Position numbers and translations under genes: made by a program. From assembly GCA_965203485.1 (NCBI GenBank), contig OZ241892.1, positions 1,408,001 through 1,472,000 of the forward strand: a stretch of 64,000 nt of DNA, written 5' to 3'. The notes beneath the pieces were generated by a model. It searched no databases and was not told the origin of the DNA. It worked only from the letters and a program-made list of their open reading frames with translations. The stretch is from Longimicrobiales bacterium. Its GTDB lineage: Bacteria > Gemmatimonadota > Gemmatimonadetes > Longimicrobiales > Gaopeijiaceae. Shown here piece by piece: positions 8,997-18,392 of this stretch (its first letter is position 1; every line of letters starts with the position of its first letter).

Positions 8997-10727
8997 ATGG
9001 ACGCCCGAAATCTAGCGTGGCGCCGTGGGCGGCTGTTTGCCGGACGGGCCGCATGGGCGCCTGTTGCAGCCGCTCTGGCCGTTGCGACGGCAGTCGGGTG
9101 CGGCTCGTCGGCCGGAGCCCCGGAGCCGGACGGGCCTTGGCGCCCCGCAAGCAGCCGCCCCGACGTGAGAGGCACGGAGGGCGCGGTGTCCGCCGGCCAT
9201 CCGCTGGCGGCCGTCGCGGGGTTGGACGTGTTGCGGGACGGCGGCAACGCGACGGACGCCGCCGTGGCCATGGCCGCGGTGCTGGCGGTCGTGCGGCCCC
9301 ACATGAACGGCGTGGGCGGCGACGCCTTCGCGCTCTTCTACGACGGGGCGACCGGCGGCGTCCACGGACTGAACGGGAGCGGCCGGGCCGGCGGCCGGGC
9401 GACGCCGGCGTTCTTCGCCGGGCAGGGCTTGGCGGAGATCCCCGAGACGGGCCCGCTGTCCGTCTCGGTGCCCGGGGCGGTTGCAGCGTGGCACGACGCG
9501 CACTCCCGCTTCGGGTCCCTTCCCTTCTCCGACCTGCTGGCTCCCGCGATCCGCTACGCCGAAGACGGATTCCCCGTCTCGACGCGCTTGGCGGACGACT
9601 TCGCCGCCCAAGGCGGGGATCTGAATGCCGCCGGGAGGGCCCTCTACTTGCCCAGAGGCGACCGTCCGGCTCCAGGCTCGCTGCTTCGCAATCCCGCGCT
9701 GGCCACGACCTTGAGGAGCATCGCCCACGGCGGAAAGGACGCCTTCTACGCCGCCGGCCCGGCGGCCCGCCTGGCGGCCTTCGTGGACTCCGCGGGCGGC
9801 GCGCTCGACCTGTCCGACTTCCACGAGCATGCCTCCACGTGGGTCGCGCCGCTTTCGGCGGCCTACCGAGGCGTGCTCTTGCACGTGTTGCCGCCCAACA
9901 CGCAGGGAATCGCCCAGCTGGCGCTCGCCGGCATGGCGCGCCGCCACCCGCTGGCCGAGATGGGCCACAACACGGTCCCGTACCTGCACACGCTGGTCGA
10001 ACTCAAGAAGCTGGCCTTCGCGGACCGGGACGCATGGGTGGCGGACCCCGAGTTCGCCGCCGTGCCCGTGAGCCGGCTTCTGGACTCGATCTACCTGGAA
10101 GCACGAGCCGCGGCCGTCGACCCGCGAGCCGCTGCCGAGGCGGTGACGACGGGGGTCGACGACTCCGGCGACACCGTGTATCTGACCGCCGTGGACCGAT
10201 GGGGCAACGCCGTCTCGTGGATACAGAGCTTGTTCCACGGCTTCGGCTCCGGGTTGCTGGAATCCGAGACCGGGATCGTGCTGCACAACCGGGGTTCGCT
10301 GCACGTGCTCGACGAAGCCCACCCCAACGTCGTGGCCCCCGGCAAGCGGCCGTATCACACCTTGACGCCCCTGCTCGCCACGGCGCCGGGGGGCGAGTTC
10401 GCGTTCACGCTGGGCACGCCCGGCGGAGACGGCCAGACCCAGTCCCTGATGCAGATCGTCAACAACTTGCTGCTGTTCGGCATGACGCCCCAGCAGGCGA
10501 TCGAGGCGCCGCGCTTCCGCAGCTATCCGGGACTGCGCTTGGAAGTGGAGGACCGCGTGCCCGTGTCCGTCCGGGAGCAGTTGGCCGCTCTCGGTCACGA
10601 CGTCTCCGTCGTCTCGGGGTGGACGGCGGCGTTCGGCGGCGCCCAGATGATCTTGGTGGACGGCCCCGGCGGAACGCTGGTCGCCGCTGCCGACCCGCGC
10701 CGGGAAGCGTATGCGCTCGCGCATTGA
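8997..10727 (+). CDS. ggt: Gamma-glutamyltransferase family protein, probable lipoprotein
   Basis: GGNATDAAVA, PHMNGVGGDAF, SVSVPGAV, GDTVYLTAVD (Thr nucleophile), PGKRPYHTLTP, GTPGGDGQTQ, ADPRR. Lipobox-like AVGC. Confidence 0.9.
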   Translation: MDARNLAWRRGRLFAGRAAWAPVAAALAVATAVGCGSSAGAPEPDGPWRPASSRPDVRGTEGAVSAGHPLAAVAGLDVLRDGGNATDAAVAMAAVLAVVRPHMNGVGGDAFALFYDGATGGVHGLNGSGRAGGRATPAFFAGQGLAEIPETGPLSVSVPGAVAAWHDAHSRFGSLPFSDLLAPAIRYAEDGFPVSTRLADDFAAQGGDLNAAGRALYLPRGDRPAPGSLLRNPALATTLRSIAHGGKDAFYAAGPAARLAAFVDSAGGALDLSDFHEHASTWVAPLSAAYRGVLLHVLPPNTQGIAQLALAGMARRHPLAEMGHNTVPYLHTLVELKKLAFADRDAWVADPEFAAVPVSRLLDSIYLEARAAAVDPRAAAEAVTTGVDDSGDTVYLTAVDRWGNAVSWIQSLFHGFGSGLLESETGIVLHNRGSLHVLDEAHPNVVAPGKRPYHTLTPLLATAPGGEFAFTLGTPGGDGQTQSLMQIVNNLLLFGMTPQQAIEAPRFRSYPGLRLEVEDRVPVSVREQLAALGHDVSVVSGWTAAFGGAQMILVDGPGGTLVAAADPRREAYALAH

Positions 10728-13230
10728 CCGGTTGTCCGCCGTCGCCCTGCTCGCCTTGGCGGCGTGTGGGGGAGACGAGACCGTCCCGCCGGTCCCCGCC
10801 CGCGTCACCGTGACGCCGTCCGCAGTCGAAACGCCCGTGTCCGGGCGGACGTTCCAGTTCACCGCCGCCGTCGTGGACAACCGAGGCGACCCGATGCCCG
10901 GTGTGCCCGTGACGTGGGCGTCAACCAGCGAGGACGTCGCCACCGTCTCCCAAGCGGGACTGGCGACCGTTGTCGGCCAAGGCAGGGCCAACATTCGCGC
11001 CACCGCCGGACCCGCGTCGGGCCGGGCCGTGGTCGTCGCCGATCTGCGGCCTGCGGAGCTGATGAAGGTTGCGGGCGACACGCAGACGGCGGCTGCGTTG
11101 ACCCAGGTCCCGGAGAACCTCGTCGTGCGCGTGACCGACGAGGCGGACCTGCCGCTCTCGGGCGTGCGAATCGATTTCGAGGTCTTCAACGAGCGGGCTC
11201 GGGCCGACCCGGTTCTCGTCTTGACCAACGATTCCGGCGAAGCCGGCACGCGTTGGAAGTTGGGGCTCGGCGAGGGCAGGCAGGACTTGCGGGCTTACGT
11301 CGCCGGCACCTCCCTGTGGGTCGACTTCGCCGCCAATGCCACGGGTCCCCCGTTGACCGTGCTGACGACGGACCTGCCCGACGGACGCGAGACTTTGCCG
11401 TACGAGGCGACGCTGCAGTTGGTCGGAGGCGTGCCGCCGTTCACCTGGTCTCTCGCCTCGGGGGAATTGCCGGCGGGGCTCGCGCTGGACTCGACGGGAT
11501 TGCTCTCGGGCGCCGTCCGCGGCGAAGGCGCCGCCGAGTTCACCGTGGCCGTTCGCGACTCCGCGGGCGCGGAGGCGACGGCGGACTTGACGTTGCGCAC
11601 CTGCCCCGCCCCGCTGACGCTCGACGTCGGCCAAGCCGAGGTCTCGGATCCGCTTTGGCCGGGCGCCTGCTTTCCGTTCCTTCCGGCCGGCGACCCGGGC
11701 GACCGGTACCACGTGGCCTTCGTGCGAACCGTCGAACGCCCCGACGTGCGGCCGGTGCACACCGAGCTGGCCATTCGGGAGCCCTGGCCCGGCGACACCA
11801 CGGCAGCAGGACCGGCTCCGGAAGCCGTCGCCGCGCCGGAGCCGCCGGTTCAGCTCGACGTCCCGGGCTTCGACCGCGAATCCGACCGCCGCCGACGGTG
11901 GATGAAGGCGGAGCTCCTCGACCGCACCGAGCGCATCTTCCGCGACATGGACCCGGCCGCGTTGCTCCCCGACCAGAGAGGCGGTGCCCAGGCCCAGCGC
12001 CGCGCCGCCGCGACGAGCACGCCGCCCAGCACGATCTCGTTGCGGCCGACCACGTGGGAGGACGGGCCGTGCTCGTCGTCTCCGCCGGACCGCGTGACGG
12101 CGAACTTGGTCGGCTACAACGACTTTCTGGCGATCTACCAGGATTCGGCGCAGCAAACGACGGCGGCCGTCGACTCGGCCGCCGCGACCGCCGTGCTCGA
12201 CTACTACGCCGCATACGGCGCGCCCACGATCGAGGAGTACTTCGGCGGCACGACCGACGTCAACGGCGACGGTCGAATCGTGCTCTTCGTCACTCCGGTG
12301 GTGCCGTCCGATTTCGCTGCCTACGTCTGGGGCCCCGACTTCCTCTCGGCGACGGCCTGCGCCGGATCGAACGAAATGGAAGTCGTGTACTACCAGGAAG
12401 GGATGTTCGCCGCGATCGTGGCCGAGAAACCATTCTACCAAGCGTTGCCGACCACCGTGCACGAGGTCGCGCACGTAGCTTCCCTCTATCGCCGCGCCGC
12501 GACCCGCAACTGGCCTCCGCGCTGGGCCGAGGAAGGACGGGCGGAGATCGCCGCCGAAGTGTCGTCCCGCAGAGCCTTGGAAGCCGCGGCGGTCGTAGGG
12601 CGAACGGAGGTCTTGGACCGGAGCGCGTATCCGCCCGCCGGGGAGTGGATATGGACCCCCGAGAACACGGGGGTCGTCTTGCGGATGCTCCGCACGGGAC
12701 TCGCGTACTCGCAGTCCTTGAACTCCGTCACGTTCGACCCGGTCGAGGAACACTCGTACTACGGTTCGGCCTGGCACTTCCACCGCTTTCTGGGCGACGC
12801 GTACGGCGATGCCGCCGCGTTGGGAGACAGCGCCTTCTTTCGGCAGTTGACCGCCCCTGAGACCGCTCCGGGAACCGCCGGGATCGAGCGACTCACGGGC
12901 AAGTCGATGCAGGCGCTCCTGGTGGAGTACGCGATCGCGATGGCAACGAACGGAACGGGCGCCCCGCACCCCGAGCGCGGGTTCAGCAGCTACGACTTCC
13001 GTTCCACGACGCTGACTTGGGGAGGCGGCCCTCCGCGTGGCTATACCTATCCGTGGCCGATCACCGGCGCCGGCCCCGCAGCCTTCGCCGACCACGTCTA
13101 TCGGGGGTACTTGTACCCCGCCGGCATCCGCTTTCACGAGTTCGAGTCCGACGGGCGAGGCGAAGGCATCGAAGTCGCGGCGACGGTCGACGGGCCCTCC
13201 GCAAAGGTGATCATCGTTCGCGTGCGCTGA
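10711..13230 (+). CDS. Lipoprotein with Ig-like domains and a C-terminal HExxH zinc metallopeptidase domain
   Basis: Lipobox LALAAC. Big_2-like 'VTWASTSEDVATVSQAGL', putative-Ig 'PFTWSLASGELPAGLAL', DVNGDG motif, HEVAH...WAEEGRAE. Confidence 0.75.
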   Translation: MRSRIDRLSAVALLALAACGGDETVPPVPARVTVTPSAVETPVSGRTFQFTAAVVDNRGDPMPGVPVTWASTSEDVATVSQAGLATVVGQGRANIRATAGPASGRAVVVADLRPAELMKVAGDTQTAAALTQVPENLVVRVTDEADLPLSGVRIDFEVFNERARADPVLVLTNDSGEAGTRWKLGLGEGRQDLRAYVAGTSLWVDFAANATGPPLTVLTTDLPDGRETLPYEATLQLVGGVPPFTWSLASGELPAGLALDSTGLLSGAVRGEGAAEFTVAVRDSAGAEATADLTLRTCPAPLTLDVGQAEVSDPLWPGACFPFLPAGDPGDRYHVAFVRTVERPDVRPVHTELAIREPWPGDTTAAGPAPEAVAAPEPPVQLDVPGFDRESDRRRRWMKAELLDRTERIFRDMDPAALLPDQRGGAQAQRRAAATSTPPSTISLRPTTWEDGPCSSSPPDRVTANLVGYNDFLAIYQDSAQQTTAAVDSAAATAVLDYYAAYGAPTIEEYFGGTTDVNGDGRIVLFVTPVVPSDFAAYVWGPDFLSATACAGSNEMEVVYYQEGMFAAIVAEKPFYQALPTTVHEVAHVASLYRRAATRNWPPRWAEEGRAEIAAEVSSRRALEAAAVVGRTEVLDRSAYPPAGEWIWTPENTGVVLRMLRTGLAYSQSLNSVTFDPVEEHSYYGSAWHFHRFLGDAYGDAAALGDSAFFRQLTAPETAPGTAGIERLTGKSMQALLVEYAIAMATNGTGAPHPERGFSSYDFRSTTLTWGGGPPRGYTYPWPITGAGPAAFADHVYRGYLYPAGIRFHEFESDGRGEGIEVAATVDGPSAKVIIVRVR

Positions 13231-13261
13231 CGGCTCGCGGGCCGTCGGCGCGACGGCCGCG

Positions 13262-15148
13262 CTACTGCGAGATCGTCCGTTGCGCCTCGACCAGCTTCAC
13301 GATCCAGAGGCCGGAGTTGAGGTCGGAGGTGAAGATGTTGCCCTTGTGGATCTGGGCGCCCCACGTCATGCCCCAGTTGGGGACGGTGGACTCGGAGTCG
13401 ATCGTCTTGAAGACGGCTAGTTCCCTGCCCTGCCGGTAGAGATCGCCGCGAAGTTCCCCGGAGATGTCCACGACCCGCAGGCCCGCTTGGTAGTAGCCGA
13501 CGTAGAGGCGGTCGCCCTCCACCCAGATGTTGTGGGCGCCGGCCTCGGGCACCTCGTAGCGGGCGACTTCGACGGGGTTCTCCGGGTCGGCCATGTCCAG
13601 CACGTGCACGTAGCCCCGGGCTTCGATCGGCGCGTCGGCGTTCCAGTCCCCGGGGAATATCTCGTCGCCGACGAAGAGGTAGCGGCCGGCCCGCCATGCC
13701 GTGTGAGTGTTGCCTGCCGCGTACTTGTAGCGCGACACGAACTGCGGCGCGGTGGGCGTCCCTCCGTGCGTCCCGGCGCCGACGTCCAGCATCACGACCC
13801 CGTCGTCCCAATAGGACAGATAGGCGTAGCCGTCCTGGACGATGACGTCGTGCAGCGACTTGGACGGCGACGCCGGTAGTCCCCATCGCCCGACCTCGTC
13901 CGGCTCGGCGGGGTTGGAGATGTCGATGATGTGGATGTCGCGCGTGCCGTTGTGCACCGCGTAGATCAAGTCCCCCTCTACCCAGACGTTGTGCACGCCG
14001 CCCGGGACCGTGCGCTTGTACTCCGACAGCACCGTGGGATGCGCCGGGTCGGACAGGTCCAGGACGACGATACCGTTTCGCCGGTCGGACGCACCCTCGC
14101 GGGTGAGCACGCCGATGCGGGCGCTCTCGTGAATCTTGACGTCGTTGATGCGGCGCGCGTCGAGCCGCACCGAGTCGGCAAGCACGGGCGCGGACGGATC
14201 CGTTACGTCCCAAGCCTTCATCCAGTCGTGCATGAAGGTGCCCACGTAGGCGTAGTCGCGTCCGTCGGCGCCCTCGAAGACCCAGGTGTCGCCCGAATGG
14301 TGGTCCGCCGCCGCGCCGCGGCCGACGTGCACGAGCTCGGCGGCCGCTTGGCGGGGAGCCGCATGGACGAGGGTCGTGAGAGCCTGCGCTTCGCCTACGA
14401 GCGCGGTCACCCGGTAGACGCCCGGCTCTTCGGCGACGAATACGCCCTCTGCGCCGTCGGGCTCGATCTGGGCGCCCGCGCCGTCCACGCTCCAAGCCGG
14501 ATGCAGGGCGCGCTCGCCGACCTCCGCGCGGAAGCGCACCACGTCGCCCGTGCGCGTGCGCGGACCGTCCGGCAGGAGGGCCGCCTGCGCCGTCGCGCCC
14601 TCTTCGACCACGACCATCACGGCCGCGCGCAGCTCGCCTGCCGTCACGACGACTTCGGCCTTGCCCGGCGAGCGGGCGAACACCCGGCCCGCGGCGTCCA
14701 CCGCCGCCACGCTCTCGTCGCTCGACGCGAAGGCGAGCGGTCCCGTTTCAGTGGGCTCGCCGTCCGCACCGGCCGCGGCCACGGAGACCGGCGCGCTCGT
14801 GCCCGAAAGCAGCGTGGGCTCGGGGAGCGCCGCCGAGACGACCTCGGCGGGGGCGGCCCGCACGACGACGACGGCGAAGCCCATGGTGTTCCCCGCCCTG
14901 GCGGCCACGCGCGCTTCGCCCGGCGAGACGGCCGTGACCCGTCCGTTCGCGTCCACGGTCGCGATCTCCGGTGCCAGCGCCCGCCAGGCGAAGGTCAGGC
15001 CTCTCACGAGGGCGCCGTCTTCGTCCAGGGCGCGGGCCTCGACCGCGGCGGACTCGCCGGGATCGAGCGCGAGACGCGCGGGGGCGAGTTCGATCCGTTC
15101 GGGGGCGGCCTGCATGGCCGCGAGCAGCATCGACGTCGTTGCGAGCAC
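13262..15148 (-). CDS. Ig-like domains plus LVIVD-repeat beta-propeller protein
   Basis: Two or three Big_2-like repeats ('PEIATVDANGRVTA', 'SSDESVAAVDAAGRV') followed by LVIVD repeats (WDVTDPSAP, LDLSDPAHP, IDISNPAEP, LRVVDIS). AAAGGA RBS before GTG 15148. Confidence 0.78.
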   Translation of the reverse strand: MLATTSMLLAAMQAAPERIELAPARLALDPGESAAVEARALDEDGALVRGLTFAWRALAPEIATVDANGRVTAVSPGEARVAARAGNTMGFAVVVVRAAPAEVVSAALPEPTLLSGTSAPVSVAAAGADGEPTETGPLAFASSDESVAAVDAAGRVFARSPGKAEVVVTAGELRAAVMVVVEEGATAQAALLPDGPRTRTGDVVRFRAEVGERALHPAWSVDGAGAQIEPDGAEGVFVAEEPGVYRVTALVGEAQALTTLVHAAPRQAAAELVHVGRGAAADHHSGDTWVFEGADGRDYAYVGTFMHDWMKAWDVTDPSAPVLADSVRLDARRINDVKIHESARIGVLTREGASDRRNGIVVLDLSDPAHPTVLSEYKRTVPGGVHNVWVEGDLIYAVHNGTRDIHIIDISNPAEPDEVGRWGLPASPSKSLHDVIVQDGYAYLSYWDDGVVMLDVGAGTHGGTPTAPQFVSRYKYAAGNTHTAWRAGRYLFVGDEIFPGDWNADAPIEARGYVHVLDMADPENPVEVARYEVPEAGAHNIWVEGDRLYVGYYQAGLRVVDISGELRGDLYRQGRELAVFKTIDSESTVPNWGMTWGAQIHKGNIFTSDLNSGLWIVKLVEAQRTISQ

Positions 15149-15277
15149 GGACTGGTCCTTTCTTGCCAAGAGGGCTTCGGCGTGGCTCCGTCGTCGCCCA
15201 AGGTACCGCGCCCGCTCCTACTTGAACATGGAGCACGCGAAGGCGAGCTTGATCGCTTGCGCGCCGTCCGCGCGCCC

Positions 15278-15351
<74 letters not shown>

Positions 15352-15419
15352 CTCGGCGGCTTCTTGGCCGTGGTCGCGCACGGGCATGCCGTGCGCAGGC
15401 CAAGTCCGTCCGCCCGGCG

Positions 15420-16664
15420 CTATCGGTCCGCGGTTCGCCTCCCCAGCCTTTCCAGCGCCGTCACGGCCGCGACGCCGGCCGCGAACATTGCGACGACCGA
15501 GAGCGTTGCCGGATCGCCGGCTACGGGCAGCGACGCCGTTTCATCTCCACTGGGCAGGTGGCGGTGGAACGGCCAGAGCTCGCGCAGCGAACCCAGCATG
15601 AGACCGGCCAAGACGGCCAGCACCGCGTCCGGCCACTTGGCGAGCAGGCGCCTTAGGATCCGGGCGAACGTCAACAGGCCGGCCGTCATGGCCACGATCA
15701 TGGTGGCGACCACGGCCAAGCTGCCCCCGTCGCCGTGGTAGAGCGCCGAGCGCAGGGCGCCGAGCACGTAGTCGTAGAGGCCGAGCGCCACCAGCACGAA
15801 GGAGCCGGACAATCCCGGCAAGCTCATGGCCGAGATCGCAAGCACGCCGGCGGCGAACACGAACGGAAGCCCGGGGTCCCGGCCGCCCGAAAGCGGCTGG
15901 TCCTGCCGCGCGGCCGCCACGGCGACCGGCGCGCGCACTTCGCGGATGGACCCGGCCGCCAGGTTGGCGTCGGCGCCCGCGACCCGCGCGACGATCTCGA
16001 TGCGCACTTCCTCGGCGCCGGCCGGAACCGTGGCCGGCCGGGCGGCTCCGTAGGCGATGCGAAGCCCGCCGCCGGGCCGTTGCGCCCAAAGCGTCGCGTT
16101 GGCCGGCGTAATCACGACGTCGGCCTCGGCCGGGCGCTCGAGTTCCAGCACGACAGCGCCGTGGGCGCGACCCTCGACCGTGGCCCGCAACCCAGTGAGC
16201 AGAAACGCACCGAGCGCCGCCGTCGTCCCCAGCGCCAAGGCCGTGGCCCCGCGTCGTTCCATGCGCCGGACCGGGATCGCCACCGACGCCAAGACCAACC
16301 CGAAGAACAGGCCCTTCATCTGCGCCGGGTAATCGTTCAGCAACGGCGGCAAGAAGCGCGATCCCGCGGCGATCGCAGGCCCGATCCCGATCGCAAGCGA
16401 CGCCAGGAAGAGCAACCGGCCGGCGTCTCGTCCGTCGTCGTCGCCGGCGAGCTTGGCCGGATCCCTCGCGCCGGCGGCCAATTGTCCGCGGAAGCGCGCG
16501 CGGGCCAGCCGCTTCGCCATCGCCGGGCCGATCCCGCTCACCGCGTCGATGGCTCGCGGGTAGATGCCCAGCACCAGCGCCACGGTGGCGCCGGACACCC
16601 CAGGCACGAGGTCGGCAAGCCCCATGCAGAGTCCGCGCGCCGCGTTGCCCAGCCAGCGGGTCAT
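15420..16664 (-). CDS. DUF368-family membrane protein with an inserted beta-rich soluble domain
   Basis: GLCMGLADLVPGVSGATVALVLGIY, FFGLVLAS, AISAMSLPGLSGSFVLVALGLY, GLMLGSLRELWPF. About 100 extra residues lie between the two halves. Confidence 0.85.
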   Translation of the reverse strand: MTRWLGNAARGLCMGLADLVPGVSGATVALVLGIYPRAIDAVSGIGPAMAKRLARARFRGQLAAGARDPAKLAGDDDGRDAGRLLFLASLAIGIGPAIAAGSRFLPPLLNDYPAQMKGLFFGLVLASVAIPVRRMERRGATALALGTTAALGAFLLTGLRATVEGRAHGAVVLELERPAEADVVITPANATLWAQRPGGGLRIAYGAARPATVPAGAEEVRIEIVARVAGADANLAAGSIREVRAPVAVAAARQDQPLSGGRDPGLPFVFAAGVLAISAMSLPGLSGSFVLVALGLYDYVLGALRSALYHGDGGSLAVVATMIVAMTAGLLTFARILRRLLAKWPDAVLAVLAGLMLGSLRELWPFHRHLPSGDETASLPVAGDPATLSVVAMFAAGVAAVTALERLGRRTADR

Positions 16665-16803
16665 CGCCGGCTCTCTCGGGTGGTCGGCCGGCGCGGCGCG
16701 CATGGGACGGCGGTTGCCGCCCTCGAGGTCCAGCGGCCGGAGGCCACGAGCACGGAACGCGCGGGCGGGCGCCGATCGACCTGCCGGCCCCGCTTCGAAG
16801 CGG

Positions 16804-17550
16804 CTATAGCTCCAGCTTCCATTCGCGGACGGCGCTCATTCGAGCCCGGTTCGTCAGGTCGAGATGAAGCGGGGTCACCGAGACGCATCCCTCGCTGACG
16901 GCTTGGAAGTCCGAGTCCGGGGCGTCGTCCCAGCGCTCCACGGTGCCGCCGATCCAGTAGTACTCCCTGCCCGACGGGTCGGGCGCCCGCGTGACCGCGT
17001 CCGTGTAGTGACGGCGGCCGAGCTCGGTGACGCGGACCCCCCGTGCTTCGTCCGGCCGGACCGGGGGCAGGTTGACGTTCAGAACTTCGCCGGCCGCGAT
17101 GCCGCGCGCCGTAATTTGCGTCAGCAAGCCGACGAGCGCGGTCTGCCAGCCCTCGACTTCCTCGACTCGCCGGCCCGCGAAGGAAACCGCCACGGCCGGG
17201 ATCCTCATGATGGCGGCTTCCATCGCCGCGGCCACGGTGCCCGAGTAGAAGACGTCCTCGCCCATGTTGGGGCCTGCGTTGACGCCGGAAAGGCACAGTC
17301 CAGGTCGTTCGCCGAGCAACTCGTTGACCGCGAGCATGACGCAGTCGGTGGGCGTGCCGTCGATGATCGTGGTGCCGTCGGGGGCGCGCCGCTTGCGCAG
17401 GGGATGATGAAGAGTCAGCGCGTGGCTGGACGCGCTTCGCTCCCGGTCGGGCGCCACGACGTCGACCGCGCCGATCTCGTGGGCGGCCTCGGCCAGCACG
17501 CGAAGTCCCGGAGACAGGTAGCCGTCGTCGTTGGTGCAGAGAATGCGCAC
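16804..17550 (-). CDS. surE: 5'/3'-nucleotidase SurE
   Basis: ILCTNDDG, VVAPDRERSASSH, GTPTDCV, SGVNAGPNMG, YSGTVAAAME, VSVTPL. Confidence 0.95.
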   Translation of the reverse strand: MRILCTNDDGYLSPGLRVLAEAAHEIGAVDVVAPDRERSASSHALTLHHPLRKRRAPDGTTIIDGTPTDCVMLAVNELLGERPGLCLSGVNAGPNMGEDVFYSGTVAAAMEAAIMRIPAVAVSFAGRRVEEVEGWQTALVGLLTQITARGIAAGEVLNVNLPPVRPDEARGVRVTELGRRHYTDAVTRAPDPSGREYYWIGGTVERWDDAPDSDFQAVSEGCVSVTPLHLDLTNRARMSAVREWKLEL

Positions 17551-17564
17551 GCGGGCGTGCTCGC

Positions 17565-18392
17565 TCAGTCCGGCCGTCGGGTCGCCTGGTCCGGCGGAAG
17601 CGTCAGGGCCGCCCGCGCCGCCACCAAGCCATCCTTGATCAAGGCCAGCATGGCTGGTTCCGCGCGAAGCTGGGTCTCCGCTTCGAACTTCCGGTCCCGC
17701 CGCATCTCGTGGAGCTTCTGCTTGGCGCCTTCGATGGTGAAGCGCTCCTCGTAGAGCAGGCGCTTGACCAGGAGGATGGTCCTTATGTCCTCGACGCGGT
17801 AGACGCGGCTCCCGCCCCGGTTCTTGCCCGGAGAGACGACGTTGAACTGCGACTCCCAATACCGCAGGACGTGCGGCTTGAGTCCCGTGAGCTCGCCGAC
17901 TTCGCCGATCGAGTAGTAGACCTTCTTCGCGACGGGCTCGGTCGCGGTCGCGGCTCCGTCCGGGGAGACCCCATCGCGGTTCAGCGGACCGGCGGCGGCT
18001 TCGTCTTCGGGGCGCCCAGCGACGCCGGACTCTGGGTGCGCGTCCCTCTCGACGCCGACGTGCTCGGCGGTGTCGCCGGACTGGTCCGGCGCCCCCGGCG
18101 GGTCGGGGGCGGCCTCGCCGGGCGGATCGGCTTGGGCTCGGTCGTACGGGCTCGGCGGAAGGCGGGCGGGCGGATTGGGATCGGCATGTTCGACGACGTC
18201 GGCGGACCGGTCGGCGCCGGGGGCGACCGGCGGATCGGCGGTCGCGGCGGCTTCCGCGTGGTCCGCGGCGTCGTGGACGGTGCGAGCGGGGCGCCGGGGG
18301 GGGGCGGCATCGTCGATGGCGCCGGCGCGCGGCCCGGCGTTCGCGCCGCCGGAGCGGCCGGCGGCGTCTCCGTTCGGCACGGCGGTGGTCAC
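17565..18392 (-). CDS. MerR-family HTH regulator with acidic/Pro-rich N-terminal extension
   Basis: KVYYSIGEVGELTGLKPHVLRYWESQF...RVYR...LLYEERFTIEGAK. GTGA overlap with the upstream stop; start uncertain. Confidence 0.8.
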   Translation of the reverse strand: MTTAVPNGDAAGRSGGANAGPRAGAIDDAAPPRRPARTVHDAADHAEAAATADPPVAPGADRSADVVEHADPNPPARLPPSPYDRAQADPPGEAAPDPPGAPDQSGDTAEHVGVERDAHPESGVAGRPEDEAAAGPLNRDGVSPDGAATATEPVAKKVYYSIGEVGELTGLKPHVLRYWESQFNVVSPGKNRGGSRVYRVEDIRTILLVKRLLYEERFTIEGAKQKLHEMRRDRKFEAETQLRAEPAMLALIKDGLVAARAALTLPPDQATRRPD

